A DNA stretch of 64,000 nucleotides from Octopus sinensis (Eukaryota): contig NC_043016.1 of NCBI RefSeq assembly GCF_006345805.1, positions 3,906,001 through 3,970,000 of the forward strand. The letters are read 5' to 3'. How positions within the stretch are numbered: position 1 is the first letter of the stretch; every line of letters starts with the position of its first letter. Made by a program: the position numbers and the translations under genes. This document shows positions 38,939 through 53,989 of the stretch, piece by piece. The notes under the pieces were generated by a model. That model ran no database searches. It had not been told where the DNA came from and saw nothing but the letters and a program-made list of their open reading frames with translations.

Positions 38939-41265
38939 ATTTGGTTACATCTCTTTACTGCCTTACTTCAAATATCACCAGATCGAATTTGCCTTTCACT
39001 TTTCCAAAATTCTAATGTACGATATAGGAGTCGATGTAACAGACTCCCTCTCATCTAAAGAAATCAATACGTATGAAAGAATACGTATGAAAACCGAAAC
39101 ATCAAGGAATTGGTTTTATTTATTCGCACTTATACAGGGTTTAAATAAATTGCAGTAATAACAAGAAATGAAAAAAAAAGGGTAAGATATATGAATATCA
39201 AAAACTTACGATTCTTTCTTTATATTTTCTGAAACTAAAATAAAAATCATTACTTTTACAATGTTAACGGAAAGTTAGTTTCGGATAATAACAGATTCAG
39301 AAAGAATTATATGCAAACACGAAAAGATGTTGTCCTTGCTTATGCATAATGCTACACATTTCTATACCAATGGACTGATGAATGGTGATATTCATATGTA
39401 TTCTCAGTGTTTTTTTTAGCGAAATAGACTGTTGTATCTTCAGGCTAGCCATGGTCGGGCTGATCACTAAACAAGAATCCTAATTAGAATTCATTGCTTT
39501 CTACGCAAATCACTAAATTGAGCTCATAAAGTCAATGTTTTATAATTCTTATTCCTTTTACGGTACTTGAGTTTGTTGCTTGGAATAATAAGTCTGTTAT
39601 ACTATTGAAAAGTTTATTTTATGGCTATGGAAGATGTAAACTTAAAATACAGTACCAAAATATGCATAAAACAATGATAACGTTTACGACGCAAACTATA
39701 AAATACGTGTAAACATTTATTAAAATGAAATAATTATGATTGTAAGGAACTTTGAAAGAAATGCTTTGCTTCATCTTATATTTGGTCAAATTTATAAATG
39801 ATTTTAAGCTTCATCTTGAAACTGAACTGGAAAAAATTGATAAAAGCCACTGAATTTCACGGAAAAAATATTACATCATCAAATGGGCCGTTCGCGCTCC
39901 AACCAAATTGAAAAATATTTATTGCAGTTTACAAAAATAGTTTCGCAAGATTTTCATTCTCTTTAGAGCATCATATATATAATCAGTCATAACTGCATAC
40001 TTGTAATAGCATTTGTCTTTTACAAGTTGTTTCAAAAATTACTTCAATCGTATTCTCAACATTCTTTTGTTATGACTGAATAAATCCAAGAAAACCGTTT
40101 TATAATAATGGTTTTCTCCTCGAAACAGTATCTACATAACAAAATATTTCTGACTTTCTTTTGACGTATTTAATCTGGAATAGAATCAAACATGAGGCCA
40201 AGACTTTTGGTCTTGTAAGTTCTATGTAGGAAATTCTGGCAAACAGAATCAGTAGAATCCATCATTTGAATAACGGAAATAGATATGATATTCTTCCAAG
40301 TTTCTTTTCCACATTACAGAGATATTATTTCGTTACAGGATCAAAGTTTGCCAACAATTTTAATAACTCCACCAAAATTCCGAAGATTGCTTTCGGCTTT
40401 TAGTCTATGAGATTCCTTGTAGCCGTGCTAGACAAAGTTTGAGATTCTAAACATTTTATGCAATGAAGAATTATTGTATGGAAAACATGTTTGTTTGCTT
40501 AATGCAAACCCTGTACAAACCCTCAAAAGCGTCCCCTAAAGCCTCTCTTTCTTGAACGTCAGCGTGCTGTTAAAACTAAACACATTTAATCAAACATTTT
40601 GACTAATTTAAGCCTATTGCAACTATTATCTATAATATTAATATGTTAGAGTATCTGCGTATGTTACGCTCGGATTAATTAATTGAAGAGGAAAACAGAG
40701 AGGTAGAGTGTTTATCGGAGTGGGATGAAGTGAGATGCAAGAATATGAAAATAATTTTTACGTTGTGCTGTCAAATGGTAAGCTGCAGGGAGAGTCAAGA
40801 TGAGAAAGACAGAAAGTGTTTACAAGTGGGAATGGGATAGCGGAGACAGTGGGAGAAATGAAGCTGTGCAGATGTATAACGCCTACCACCACCACCACAA
40901 CCACCACCACCACAACCACCACCACACACATGTGACATACTAAGAACTGTACCTGGCAGTCAAAGTGGAGGTAGTTTCGTCAATAGGTATATTAGTTCAT
41001 GGATATAGTGACAGCAAAGTGTGTAGTTCTTTACTGAACTATTTGTTTTTTTAATTGTCGATCATTTAAAAACACTGTAGAACAATTGAGCGTCGTCCAC
41101 TGTAACGAACATTTCGCATTGCTTATTCTGCTTTCTTTGTATACAAGGTTCTAACTATGGAAGAACTTGGAAATAATTATTCGTATGACAAACGAGAGTT
41201 ATCTATCTATTTACCTACCTATCTACCGATCCATATTTATATATATTTATATATATATATATTAT

Positions 41266-41309
<44 letters not shown>

Positions 41310-41487
41310 CATATGCATATATATACACATACATACATATACACATGTATGTAAGCATGTATGTATGTATGCCTGTATGTCATTTAAGTTATATGTCAAA
41401 ATTTCTTGCCGATTGAGAGGGAACCGGTTTCTAACCTTGATCGAAGGCTCCTTCATTGGAATTTAAACATTAACTACAGGGGATTTT

Positions 41488-42700
41488 TGTATGTATGTAT
41501 GTATGTATGTATGTATGTATGTATGTATGTATGTATGTATGTATGCATGTATGTATGCATGTATGTATGTATGTATGCATGTATGTATGCATGTATGTAT
41601 GTATGTATGTATGTATGTATGTATGCATGTATGTATGAATGTATGTATGTATGCATGTATGTATGTATGTATGCATGTATGTATGTATGTATGTATGTAT
41701 GTGTGTGTGTGTGTATGTATGCATGTATGTATGCATGTATGTATGCATGTATGTATGTATGTATGTATGTATGTATGTATGTATGTATGTACGTATGTAT
41801 GTACGCATGTATGTATGCAGGTATGTATGTATGTATGTATGTATGTATGTATGCATGTATGTATGCATGTATGTATGCATGTATGTATGTATGTATGTAT
41901 GTATGTATGTATGTATGTATGTATGTATGTATGTGTGTGTATGTATGTATGTACGTATGTATGTACGCATGTATGTATGCAGGTATGTATGTATGTATGT
42001 ATGGATGCATGTATGTATGCATGTATGTATGCATGTATGGTTGTATGTATGTATGCATGTATGTGTATTTATTGTATGATGTATGTATGTATGCATGATG
42101 ATGATGTATGTATGTATGTATGCTGTATGTATGTATGTATGCATGTATGCATGCATGCATGTATGTAGTATGTATGTATGTATGTAGTATAATGTATGTA
42201 TGTATGTATGTATTATGTATGCATGTATGTATGTATGTATGCATGTATGTATGTATGTATGTATGTATGCATGTATGTATGCATGTATGTAGTATGTATG
42301 TATGTATGTATGTATGGTGTGTGGGGTGTGTGTGTGTATGTAGCATGTATGTATGTATGTATGTATGTGTGTGTGTAGGGATGTATGTACGTATGTATGT
42401 ACGCATTTATGTATGCAGGTATGTATGTAGTATGTGTATGTATGTATGCATGTATGTATGCATATGTAGCATGTAGTATGTATGATGTATGTATGTATGC
42501 ATGTATGTATGATGTATGTATGTGTGTATGTATGCATGTATGTATGTATGTATGTATGTATGTATGTATGCATGCATGCATGTATGTATGTATGTATGTA
42601 TGTATGTATGTATGTATGTATGTATGTATGTGTGTATGTATGTATGTATGTATGTATGTATGTATGTATGTATGTATGTATGTATGTATGTATGTATACG
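41488..42700. repeat. ~1.2-kb (TATG)n/(CATG) microsatellite
   Basis: Directly visible; explains the long MYVC/HTYI ORFs. Confidence 0.98.
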
Positions 42701-42774
42701 TGCAGATTTGCATGTTTTGCTTTATGTATGTCTTCTCATGCATATACTTGCGTGTCTAGTTATGCTGCTCATAT

Positions 42775-45430
42775 ATACTTAAATGATAAATTTATGGAAA
42801 GCATTACGGAATTTACAGTTCCGGTGATGGACTGGACCTGTAGTCTTCGAATCAGCTTTCCGGTTTGAGAAGTCTAATTTCTCAAGATTGGTATTTAGGC
42901 AGTGTGTTACATATCCCAGGACCCCAATAATTACAGGTATAAGCCTGAACTTGTAATCTGGATAGAGTAGCCATAGATTTCTCAATAGTTCAGGGTAGGT
43001 ATTCTCTTTTTCGCTGATCTTTAGCTTTATGTTAACACCCACGGGCAGCTGCTTTTCACAACTGTACAGTTTCTCTTCCTTATCCCAAATTACTATGTCA
43101 GGTCTATTATGTTTACATTTTATTAAGGTTTTCTCTAGGACATTCAACCAGTACTCCTTTTTATCATGAGTGACTATGGCTTTCACTATCCTATAGGTTC
43201 ATATTTCTCTGGCCTCGGTTTTATCCTTTCGATGAATCTCATTATACAGTGTCCTAGCTACAACGTCATGTTTCATTGGTAGATAATACCGTGATGACAT
43301 TTTCGGACAACTGCTTATGATGTAGGTGATATCTTCAGTGTTAATTACACAAAGTTTGCATCGATTATCATATTTTACTGCTTTTCCTGCACCTCTATTC
43401 CTTTTGTGCATCAGGTATTTGGTTGATATTTCTTGTTCTTGGATTACAAACACATATCCTTCAAAGTGGGAGATAGCAATCCGGTTGTTGGTCTATGATA
43501 CACAACTTTGATGATCAATGTTACTATCATCCCGAAGCCTACTACTTCTGCTGATATACGCTCATCCTTTCAGCTGATGATACTTTGCGGAAGAGTTGTG
43601 CGACTTCCCTGTGCATGTATTCTAGGTTATCAAACAAGGAATGTTGCTCAAGGAGCTACCTTCCAAGGCCTATGATGCTATCAGCCTCATGTATCAAACT
43701 TGGTCAAGGGATGCACTTCGACACTTGGTGGTTAAAAGATATTGCCGAAGGGATATGATGCAACATTCAAAGGCAGTCTAAACTGATGTTAAACCTCTGT
43801 TTTCGTTTTAGGTAGAGGCGGTCTACGTCACTGTTGATGTGGAAATTATGTGTGCTTATTAGTATCTTCTGTGTTTTCACATCAATGGCTCGGATTTCAT
43901 CAAGAATCCAATCAAGTAGTCCAAATATTGGTACGAGTATTGGCACTGCAAACACATTGTGGGCGACAGTTTTATTGAACGCAGAGGGTTCCGAGGTCTA
44001 TATTTTCTTTATTCAGTTGTAATATTCTTTAGTGACACGTATTTTGTTACAGGTGCCATTGTAAGTTATGTTTTCACCTACCCCAAGGCACCTGTAACAT
44101 TCTTCGTCAGATAAGGGGGAAACAGACGAATCATTGATGAAGATGTTGTTTGTCTCGTCTACAGCTTCCCCTCTTTTCACAAACGTTTAGCAACATTTAT
44201 CCTGACCAAACTCCAACCTTACATCCTTTGAGAATATTGTAGCGAGGCCAAGGCTCTTTTTCATCTCATGCATATTCTTTGCATATAGTTATCCACAAAG
44301 AAACAATGTGTAATTTTGATATTTCTGTTTCTTTGTGAACCAGTGAGATATCCTTCAAACTTCTTTAACGTGAATGACGTTACAGGGGTTTACGGAAAGT
44401 ACAAGTTACATCACAGAGAGGCTGTCCCCTTGGAATATACCTCTGCGATACTGTTCTATCAGTAATAAAATAAGTCACTTCTTGTATATAACTTCAAAAT
44501 GGTGACACACGATGGAGTCAAGTCAGCTATAGCTTTGACTATGCTTACTGAAACTTTAGCAAGTCGAAAGGCTTCTAGCATCCATAAGTGGAGGATAGCG
44601 GCAAAGGCTTTTTTGTAGTCTAGCCACATAGAAATGGGGTTCCTGCTATACTCCCGCACCTCAAACAATACAGTTTTGTTTAACAGTTGCTCGGCACATC
44701 TCCAGACTCCCTTCTTGCCAGATGTTTGTTCTGCTGTGATGATGTTACTGGTTTTACAATGGTCTTGAAGGAAAAGGTTTAAGCATGCTGTATATATCTT
44801 ATACATTACGTTCTGGCATGCAATTGGCCGAGTATTTCTTGCCATGTGGGTGGTTCTGCATTTGGAGATCAGTTTTGTCTCTGTTAGAGCTAACCAGTGT
44901 GGTATGCTACTGTTCCCATTGAGAACTTGATGGTACATGTTGATAAGATATGGTCGGTAGAAGTTTAGCTTCTTGTGCCAGTATCCAACAATCAAGTCTC
45001 TTCCAGGTGCTTTTCCATCCTGAAATTTCTGGATTACAATCACAAGGATATTACCATCAATGCTGCATTTCTTGAGTATAATGTAGGAACAATAACTTCT
45101 TCGAATTTCATCCAGTCACACAGCATCTTGGTTTAACGCCTTCTCTTCGTTCCAGATTTTCCTTCAGAAGGAATCTATTTCTTCTCGTGAAGGAGCTTCT
45201 GTGATGTTCACTGCTTCTCCTCCCATGTCTCTGTACATTGCTGCCTGGTCCCGGTTAAATTTCTTATTCATTGTTTTTCTCTCGGTTATTCTCTTCTGGT
45301 GTCTGAGTTTCTCACTGACAGCTTTTATCTCCTGTTTAAGGTTAATCAGTTTATAAGTGAGTGTCCTCTTTTTGATATCTCCAAGTTTCTATCGCCTTCT
45401 TCACGTTTTGTTGGGTAGGCGTATAATGAT
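42775..45430 (-). mobile_element. R4/Dong-type non-LTR retrotransposon (RT, CCHC, restriction-like endonuclease), decayed
   Basis: GKAPGRD, RPIACQN, WLDYKKAF, RGIFQGDSLS, CKLC...EDITYIISSC...KHD, RPDIVIWDK, PVIIGVLG in successive broken ORFs. Confidence 0.9.
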
Positions 45431-45478
45431 GCTTGTATGTATGTATGTATTTATATACGCATGTATGTATGTATGCAT

Positions 45479-45519
<41 letters not shown>

Positions 45520-45599
45520 TGTGTGTGTGTGTGTGTATCTGTATATATATAGTGAAAAGCTTCATTGGAGAGATATTTTTCCTCTCGAGGTGAGTTGTA

Positions 45600-47630
45600 G
45601 AAAAAATGAAATTAAAGAAAGAATATACACAGAATGTATATATATTTTAAACCCAGTTCCAAAAGAGCCCAAATAGCAAAGACACCTAAAGGAGAAACTA
45701 GTGCTAAGGAAAAGGAAAATAGAGATTAGATGGTTTATAAGAGCATTAAAAATATACCGGGAAATAAATTTAACCCTCAACGAAAAAACTCAAAAGACGT
45801 AATTACAATCAATATGTTCGGAGAGGAAAACCAGCCTTCTAACAATTCAAATGTCATTAGTAACACTGACACTTTACATCAACGTATTTACAACAAACTT
45901 TTTCTAGACCCAGTTCAGAGAAACAGGGACACATGGAACAAAACATACAGGAAAAACCCAAAGTAATAAACTTATCAAAGAAAACTTTCTCAACAACAAA
46001 AATCAACATATAAGTTAAAAGACTAAAATTTACCCCAACCCTACGCAGATCTAATCAGAATGAAATCAAAGAAAATATTGCGGAATTTTGCTGAAAATTG
46101 CGACTTACAACATGAGAATGAATCACTGGTCAAATACAAAAAGAATTATCTTGCACGTAAAGGTAAGACTAAAATAATCGATGGCTTTTCTGGCCATATC
46201 CTGAATTTCACGAATAATACTTTACACAAGCAAAAATCAACTCACACTATCAACTCAGCAATATCGAATGGAAAATTTTCTTTGAACAGCAAAACGATAA
46301 AGAGTTGACAATCAAAGAAGCCGACAAAAGAAGTGCTGGAGTTCTGATGGACACTAAAAACAAATAATGTCCATGCTAGAAGATGATACCTCCCATGAAA
46401 AGGCTAAAAAAGCATAAACAATAAAAAATAAGGAAAAATCTTGCTTCCTTAATTCACCGACATGGAAAGGATCTAACAAAACAATTATATCACAAAGTTT
46501 GAATGTAAACCTAATCTTTTCAATGGTTTACCTAAAATCTACAAGTGCCAGATAATTAAAGAAACCTGCAAACAATCAGCAAGCATTTATGTTAATAACC
46601 AAGCGCCACACGATTTGAAACTAAAACCCATTATAGTGGGCCGAGCGTGTGAAGGTTACTGCTTAAGCAATTGTCTCGATATCTTTCTGAAACCCTTTTT
46701 GAAATATATCAAAAGCTTCAGTAGAGATGTTCTAGATATGTTAAACCGCCTACCAAAAACAACGAATGAAGAGGCAACCTTGGTTTCTTTTGATGTTGTG
46801 AATCTGCACGCTAATATCCCACAATACTATGGAATAGAAGCAGTTAAATTATGGCTTGAAAACTATCCAGGAGAACTTCCATAGTGCGTGAATCAGGAGT
46901 TGATAATGGGAGCTTTAAAATTACTTTTTATTCGACACTAACAACTTATTTGATACTTTTGGTAAGAGTGGAATTGCAATGGGAACCTAATAGTAATATT
47001 TTTAGAATTAACTATATATCAAGTATTACTACAGAAATATGGATGCTCGTTATACCAACTGGAAAAGATATCTGGATGATTGTTTATCGTTTTGAAAGGG
47101 AATATTGATAAAGTTTTTGAATTTAAATCACTGTTCAACGGTATAAATCAAAATTTTAAATTTTTAAATGGAGTGCAGCAAAGAGCAAATCCTATTCGTT
47201 GATATATTAATAAAAAAAATATAAAATTAAAACCGATATCTTTTATATGCCCACATACACGAATCAATACCGTTTGTTTAACTCATGCAACGTGTAAGAC
47301 ATTAAAATAAATATTCCTTTTAATTTAGCGAAAAGGATTTGCACAATTGTGTCTGCTGGGACCTTCGACTTCAAGACCATAAAACCGCACCAGTTGAGAG
47401 ACACTATCCACCCTCACTAATAGATAAAGGGATTAAACGTGCGGAGAAAAAAATATATCAAAATAGTAAGGGAAACAAAAGGAAATTACACGCCCCAAAT
47501 ACTATTCTATATTTTGAAACACAACTCTAGAAACAATGAGGCACCATTATTCAAAATTTACTTATGCTCATTAAGGACTCTAAGATGAATTCTAGAAGCA
47601 CACAAATTCACAAAAAACAAAGAGATTAAA
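45600..47630 (+). mobile_element. Second Penelope-like element, heavily decayed
   Basis: LKFTPT, IKEADK, GLPKIYK, SFDVVNLHANIP, RYLDD, NIPFNLAKRICTIV; homologous to the 29100-30975 copy. Confidence 0.88.
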
Positions 47631-47777
47631 CGTCTATATTATTTCAAAACACTTATCTAAATTATTTTATACTGGCTATAAGACCCAACAAGTATTACAT
47701 ATATCCATCTATCCATACATACATGGTTTTGTGTTTGTGCATCTGTGTATGTGCGTGCGACGGACTCTTCTCCCGTA

Positions 47778-48056
47778 GATGACGTATGGATATTTAGCTT
47801 TGTGCCGAACGACCTGCACAAATGATTTGTTTTTTAAGATCAAATTTATGTGTTGTACATTATCTCATTCCCTTCATCAAATCGACGTCCTCTGAACAGA
47901 TGTATGGTGTACCACGTGTCAGGTGTGGAGGAGATTGCAGAGCAACGTGAGATGAAGTGTTTTGCTCAAGAACGCAACACACCACCGGGTCAAGGAATTG
48001 AAATCATGACCTCGCGATCGTAAGTACAACACCCTAACCACCAGGCCATGCGCCCT
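47778..48056 (-). mobile_element. tRNA-derived SINE
   Basis: Minus head ggcgcatggcctggtggttagggtg...atttcaattcc, then gttcttgagcaaaacacttcat. Confidence 0.75.
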
Positions 48057-48334
48057 TACTTTATATTTATATAAAGAAAAAAATGAAATAAAAAGAAGGA
48101 AAATGCACAGAATGCATATTTTTTAGGAGATAAAATATTTACATAGTCAACCGGGTTCGCTTTTGTTAATCATGACTAATAAATTAGTGAATGTATAAAT
48201 ATATGGATATATAGAGAGATAGGGGAGAGGGAGAGAGAGAGGAGAGGGAGAGAGAGGGGAGACAGGGAGAGAAAGGGGTAGAGAGAGAAAGAGAGGGATA
48301 CAATATATATACATACATACACATACATATATCT

Positions 48335-48630
48335 CTTTTACTCTTTTACTTGTTTGTCATTTGACTGCGACCATACTGGAGCACCGCCTTTAGTCGAGCA
48401 AATCGACTCCAGGATTTATTCTTTGTAAGCCTAGTACTTATTATATCGGCCTCTTTTGCCGAACCGCTAAGTTACGGGGATGTAAACACACTAGCATAGG
48501 TTGTCAAGCGATATTGGGGGGGACAAACACAGACACACAACACACACACCTATATCTATATGCATATATACGACAGGCTTCTTCAGTTTCCATCTACCAA
48601 ATCTACTCACAGGCTTTGGTCAGCCCAAGG
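48335..48630 (-). mobile_element. CORE-like SINE 3' two-thirds
   Basis: Reverse complement of ~11655-11997. Confidence 0.85.
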
Positions 48631-48681
48631 CGATAGTACATATATATTATTATATATTATATATATATATATATATATAAT

Positions 48682-49464
48682 TGTTATGGTTCAGACAAAG
48701 CATGAAACAATAATAAAACCCGATTTTAGATTAAATTATATATTTAGTAAAGATGAGTGGCATAAAACACCCAAATCGAAGGCTGCTGAAAGCTGTTATA
48801 ATCATTTGAGTCCCAAAAGAAAGCCGTCATAAAATATCAGAGTTCAAGCGCAGAACTATAACAAATAGTTGAATATGCATATCAGTTCTTGAAGACAGGT
48901 GGAGTTCTTTGGTTCATTGTGAAGCCTCGAAAGGCGATCAACACAAAAGGGAGGTCACTCTTACCGTTTTCCTCTTGTTTACTGTTGTTAGTAGTAACAG
49001 ACCCTTAAAGGGTAATAGAGACAGCGAAATAGAGAAGGGCAGAATGATGCCAACGTTCTGTCCGTCATCTCAGCAGCCGTTCTAGAAAAAACAGAATGAC
49101 ACTTGTCATTCTAAATGAGCTTGTGATAAACATTAGTCATCTTGCCCTGGTCATTTCGTCAAGCTCCCTTCACTAACTGACCATCTGTATTTATAACTAT
49201 CGTAACACGGCAAGAAAGAGGGACATACCGCTCTGAAAGCAATGGGAAGTGTTGTAGGTAACTTCCTTATCTCCTGTCAACTATTGTTTGCAGAGGAGGG
49301 TCAAGTGAAGAACACATAAATCGCCTTGAATCGGCCATGTATTGAATGTCTCTCCATGAGGAAGTGCTGTGGTACACGGAAAGGGAATCCTGTAGATGAC
49401 ATTCGAATCAATATGTCTGAATGGAAATCCACCTTTTTCTTCCAAACAAAACACATTCGTAACT
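48682..49464. mobile_element. Probable solo LTR inserted in (TA)n
   Basis: Begins TGTTATG and ends CGTAAC(t), imperfect inverted termini; ~780 bp non-coding, (TA)n on both sides. Confidence 0.55.
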
Positions 49465-49864
49465 ATATATATATTATATATATATCTATATATATATATT
49501 ATATATATATATATATATAGATATACTATATATATACATATATATATATATACAGAAAGAGAGAGGGGGGGGAGAGAGAATGCTAATGTAGACACAATGT
49601 CCTGAGATAACAATTTTTATGGACTTCCTAGATTAAGAGCACAATAAGTATCAGAGAGAGACGAAAATTTGTCCCTGCAGAAGCCAGCTTGAGCGCCGAA
49701 TGCATTTCGGCCTTTTGGGTTTTTCAGGAGTGCTTACTCGCAGCCAGCCGCATGCTAAAAAGTGGTTTCGTCGTTTCTGATATAGGAAAAAAGTGAATAA
49801 GACGTTTATTCGTGTTATCAATAGCTGCCCAGCTAACTAAAATCCGGTATACGCAATAGAAGCT

Positions 49865-49921
49865 GCGACTTCACGCCACTGAAAAAGTTTCATAAGGCCG
49901 AAATGTATCTGGAGTTGTCGC
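49865..49921 (+). ncRNA. Hammerhead-like motif with G8A core change
   Basis: gcgac...cca CTGAAAA agtttcataaggcc GAAA TGTA TC tgg...gtcgc; a related copy lies on the minus strand at 49696-49730. Confidence 0.45.
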
Positions 49922-49959
49922 TGGTCGTTTTTCATCTTCTTCCTCCTCTCACTCTATTT

Positions 49960-49996
<37 letters not shown>

Positions 49997-50509
49997 CTCC
50001 TCGTCCTCTCTCTCTCTCTCTCTCTCTCCCTTCCTCCTTCTCTGATATATATTGTGCTTTAACACGGCAAGACTGTATGAAATATTATCCCAGGACAAAT
50101 ATCAGCATTGTGTATGCATTAAAATGTTACATAGTTATTTTGATAGACAACTACTTCAACTTTGTCTACTTCTACTAAAAGATGTCGCCCCGCCACTCAG
50201 ATCTAATTGCAATGCTTCTCGGAGCAGAAACAATAGTAAGCTACTGAAAGTGACTACATAACTCCTGTTCTTTTGTCATTCGTAAATTCATTATTCGCTC
50301 TGCATTATTACTCATGTAAATATTAGACTAAAAAGCTCTTTTGAATAGAAAAGATCTACAGGAGTTCGAATCCCAGGGGCAGCCTTCGGATTTTACTATC
50401 CCAGAAAGATTTTCAACCCAATATTTACATGCTGTTATTTATATCTGTATGTGTGTGCTCTTCGAGATATACTATTCCAAAAATAAATTATACATACATG
50501 TGTGTTCGT

Positions 50510-50558
<49 letters not shown>

Positions 50559-51674
50559 CGTGTGTACATACATATACACGTGCACACACATACATATAGA
50601 TATTTAGTCATTTAGTCCTTTATAGGTTATTGTGTTGCGGTTATGATTCTTTGGTTTAGTTGAACATATCGACCACAATGCTTGTTTATATTTTAGCAGT
50701 TACATTTGTTGAACTGCTATTGTAGTACATAAAACAGCATCAGTTTCAAATGGCACAAATATAAACACACAGACATTCCCACATGTAGAACGATATATGA
50801 ATGTGAGTGTGTGTTTAGTTTAATGTTCCGTAACGGTAAGACCAAGAAAAAAAAACACACCATTCAGTAAGAAGTAAATATCATTTAATACACATGGAAT
50901 TTTAAAAAATTACTTATAGTTTCATGCCGTAGAGATACAATAAATTGACAGATTTATATAACATGCCATACGTCTCCACGCAATCCTTCAGGCTCGGTGC
51001 ATATCGTTAGACCTGTCTGAAAATCAGAACGCTGATGCATGAGAAAATACGATAGAAAAACAAACAAAAACAAAAGAAAGTTGATGCAAGAAATGGAACG
51101 AGAAGAAAGAAAAGAAAAGAAAAAAACCAAGAGCTTAAGCCATTCGTTTGTAGAAATCATTATTAATCTAGCTGATGTAGAATAATATAATGGAGCGAAG
51201 GCAAAGTCTATAAAATAACTATTCAATCGGTTGAGAGAGTGGTGTCCTCTAGGCTGACAAAAATAGGATTAACGGAATGCACTGAGCTTGAAGAATTGAT
51301 TGCTTGGAAACACATGGAATGTTGTATACATACATCTGCCAAAACATAGTATCTTTACAACATGAAACAACCAGTAGTTTTTTTTTAATTGTGTGTGTGT
51401 GTGTGTATAAAGTAAAGAGTCAAAGAGTTGAAAGGAAGAGTAAGTACGGTTAGGCACCTTTTTGGTGATCACTATTTTTTTCGATACTATCGTTGAAAGA
51501 GTTCTTTTTGTACTCTAATACGTTCTTAACGGAACACACCTCAACTATAAATATATATATATGTGTGTGTGTATAGTTAATTCAAACATAAAAACACAAA
51601 AAGAAAACACAAATTGAGGACGTGGAACATGTATAGCGTTATTGGACGCTCAGGAAAGGAAAGAAAGAAGGAGG

Positions 51675-51709
51675 ATTTAACGTTTCGAGCGGAGCTCTTC
51701 GTCAGAAAC
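51675..51709 (-). ncRNA. Minimal type I hammerhead ribozyme (Penelope-type)
   Basis: Minus: ttt CTGACGA a GAGC tcc GCTC GAAA CG TT aaa. Confidence 0.75.
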
Positions 51710-51849
51710 GTAGGAAAAGGAAAGATCCAAGGAAAGGAAGACGGAGGGAAAAATCGCTAACGTTACACACGCGGTCACATTTTGAATGACCGGAAGGGAA
51801 TGGGTGAAGAAAAAGTTCTTTCAAAGACAGGAGAGTGCAAGAGAAGGTT

Positions 51850-53235
51850 GTATGTGTGTGTATATGTGCGTGCACGCAAGTCTCTGTGTGTATGTATATG
51901 TGTGTGTGTGTGTGTGTGTACTGATAGCACGCATGTCTGTGTGTGTGTGTGTGTAATAATAGCACGTGTGTGTGGTTGTGGTTGGGTTTAGTATCGCTTA
52001 AGGTCATAGGAAGAATGCATAGTAGGAGTGGCTGCTTGTTGTGTCTCTACCTACCCATGTGCGTAGATGAATGGTCAGTGGAAGGTACTGGTAGCTTGAA
52101 GTATGTGTGTGTGTTTTGTTTGCAGTGTGTGTGTATATGTATGTGTGTGTTCATGTGTGTATGTGTGTATGCGTAGGGGTTGTGTGGGGGAGAATAACAG
52201 TGCTTAACTTTGTGTATGTGTACGTGTGTGCATGTATGTGCGTATGTGTGTATACATACTTGTATAATTGTGTGCGTGTATGTATGAGTGTGTGCTGTGT
52301 GTATGGGAGGCATGTGTGGGTTCATTTGGGTGTGCGTGTGTGTATGTGCGTGTAGTTGTGTGTGCGTGTGTGTATGTGTGTGCGTATGTGGGTGTATATA
52401 CGTGTATGCATGGTGTTGTGAATGTTAGGTATGTGATCATTCGCGTGCGTATGTGTGTGCATGTTTGTGTGTGTGTCTATATGTGTATGCGTATGTATAT
52501 GTGTGTATGCGTGTATGCATATATTGTGTGTGTATGTATATGTATAGGTGTGTATGTGAATTTTTGTATGCGTGTGTGCACAGGTTGTGTGTGGGGGTTT
52601 GTGGGGTTTGTGTAGAAGTAATGTACGTACCTGTGTGTATGTGCGTGTGTGTTTACGTGCGCGTGTGCGTGTATGTACGTGTGTGTTTGTGCCCATGTGT
52701 GTATAATTGTGTGCGTGTCTGTATGTGTATTGTGTGTTGGAGGTATATGTACGAACCTGTGCTAGTGTGTGTGTGTATATACGTGTATATATATGTGTGT
52801 GCGTGTATTATGTGCGTGTGAATATGTGCGTGTATGCATGTGTGTATGTGCGTGCGTCTTTTATATGTGTGTGTGAACGTGGAAATGTGAGTTGGGTTAT
52901 GTGTGCATTTTGTGTGTACGCACGTGTTCTTGAGTATGTGTGTGTATGTGGCTGTGTGTACGTTTATATGTGTGTGTGTCTAAAGGTATGTGTGTCTGTG
53001 TGCGTGTCGGGTTGTGTGGGATAGGTATCTGTACATTCCTGTGCGTGTGTATGTGTGTATGTACGTGTATATGTGTGTGTGCGCGTGGGTGTATGTGGGT
53101 GGGTGTGTATGTGTATGTATGCGTGTGTGTGTATGTGTGTGTATATGTGCATGTATTATGCTGTATGTGTGTGGTGTCTAGGAGGTATATGTGCGTTCGT
53201 GGATACGTAAGTATGTATGTAAGTGTGCGTGTGTA
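51850..53235. repeat. Degenerate GT-rich low-complexity tract
   Basis: Imperfect (TG)n with internal duplications. Confidence 0.9.
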
Positions 53236-53922
53236 TAGAAATAAAAACAATAAATTATAAACAATAAAAAAACAAAAAATTATAAAAACAATAAAATATA
53301 AAAAGGTTGAAAGGAGATAAGGAAGTTAATGCAATATAAAAGGCGCAATTACAATATATATATATGAGTGCTGGATCTCGAAATACATAATGTTACTAAC
53401 ATGTAAATATTGGGTTGAAAAATAATCTTTTTTCGATTGAGAAAGTCAAAGGCTGCCCATGAAACCCGAACCCACATCTACTGTAGACATGACAGGCGTT
53501 CTACCATTGTGCGAAAGCAATCTTTTAAATTTCTCTATCCTTTTTAGACATTTTATTCTTACCAGAAAAAATTGTTTGTTGTTGACGTCATAAGAATTTA
53601 GAAACTTTCAAGAAATATTCTTTCAAGTAAGATTTATGTCTCAGTATAAACGATGAAAAGTGGTTATTAAAAGGTTTTTTCATATTTATCGAACATCCAA
53701 TATATCTAAAATTACCAGCTTCAGTCACAGTTGTACACCTATAAATACGTTTTGGATTAAACATCGACCTAATAACGGGCAATAGAATTTAATTCTTCCG
53801 TTGCAACCGGAGCATTACTACTATTAATATTATTGATATTTCTATCATTGTTATTATTAATAACATGTTACTACTACTATAATTATTATCGGCATTATTA
53901 TTATTATTGTTATTATTTATAC

Positions 53923-53980
<58 letters not shown>

Positions 53981-53989
53981 ATATATATA

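Noticed and set aside
37700-41150. Host exons in the long AT-rich unique stretch
   Set aside because: No open frame bounded by convincing splice sites was found by eye; small exons cannot be excluded.
41406-42868. Long ORFs up to 367 aa (MYVC/HTYI repeats), and similar ORFs at 34.2, 35.3, 31 and 52-53 kb
   Set aside because: Translations of stop-free microsatellites; no protein signal.
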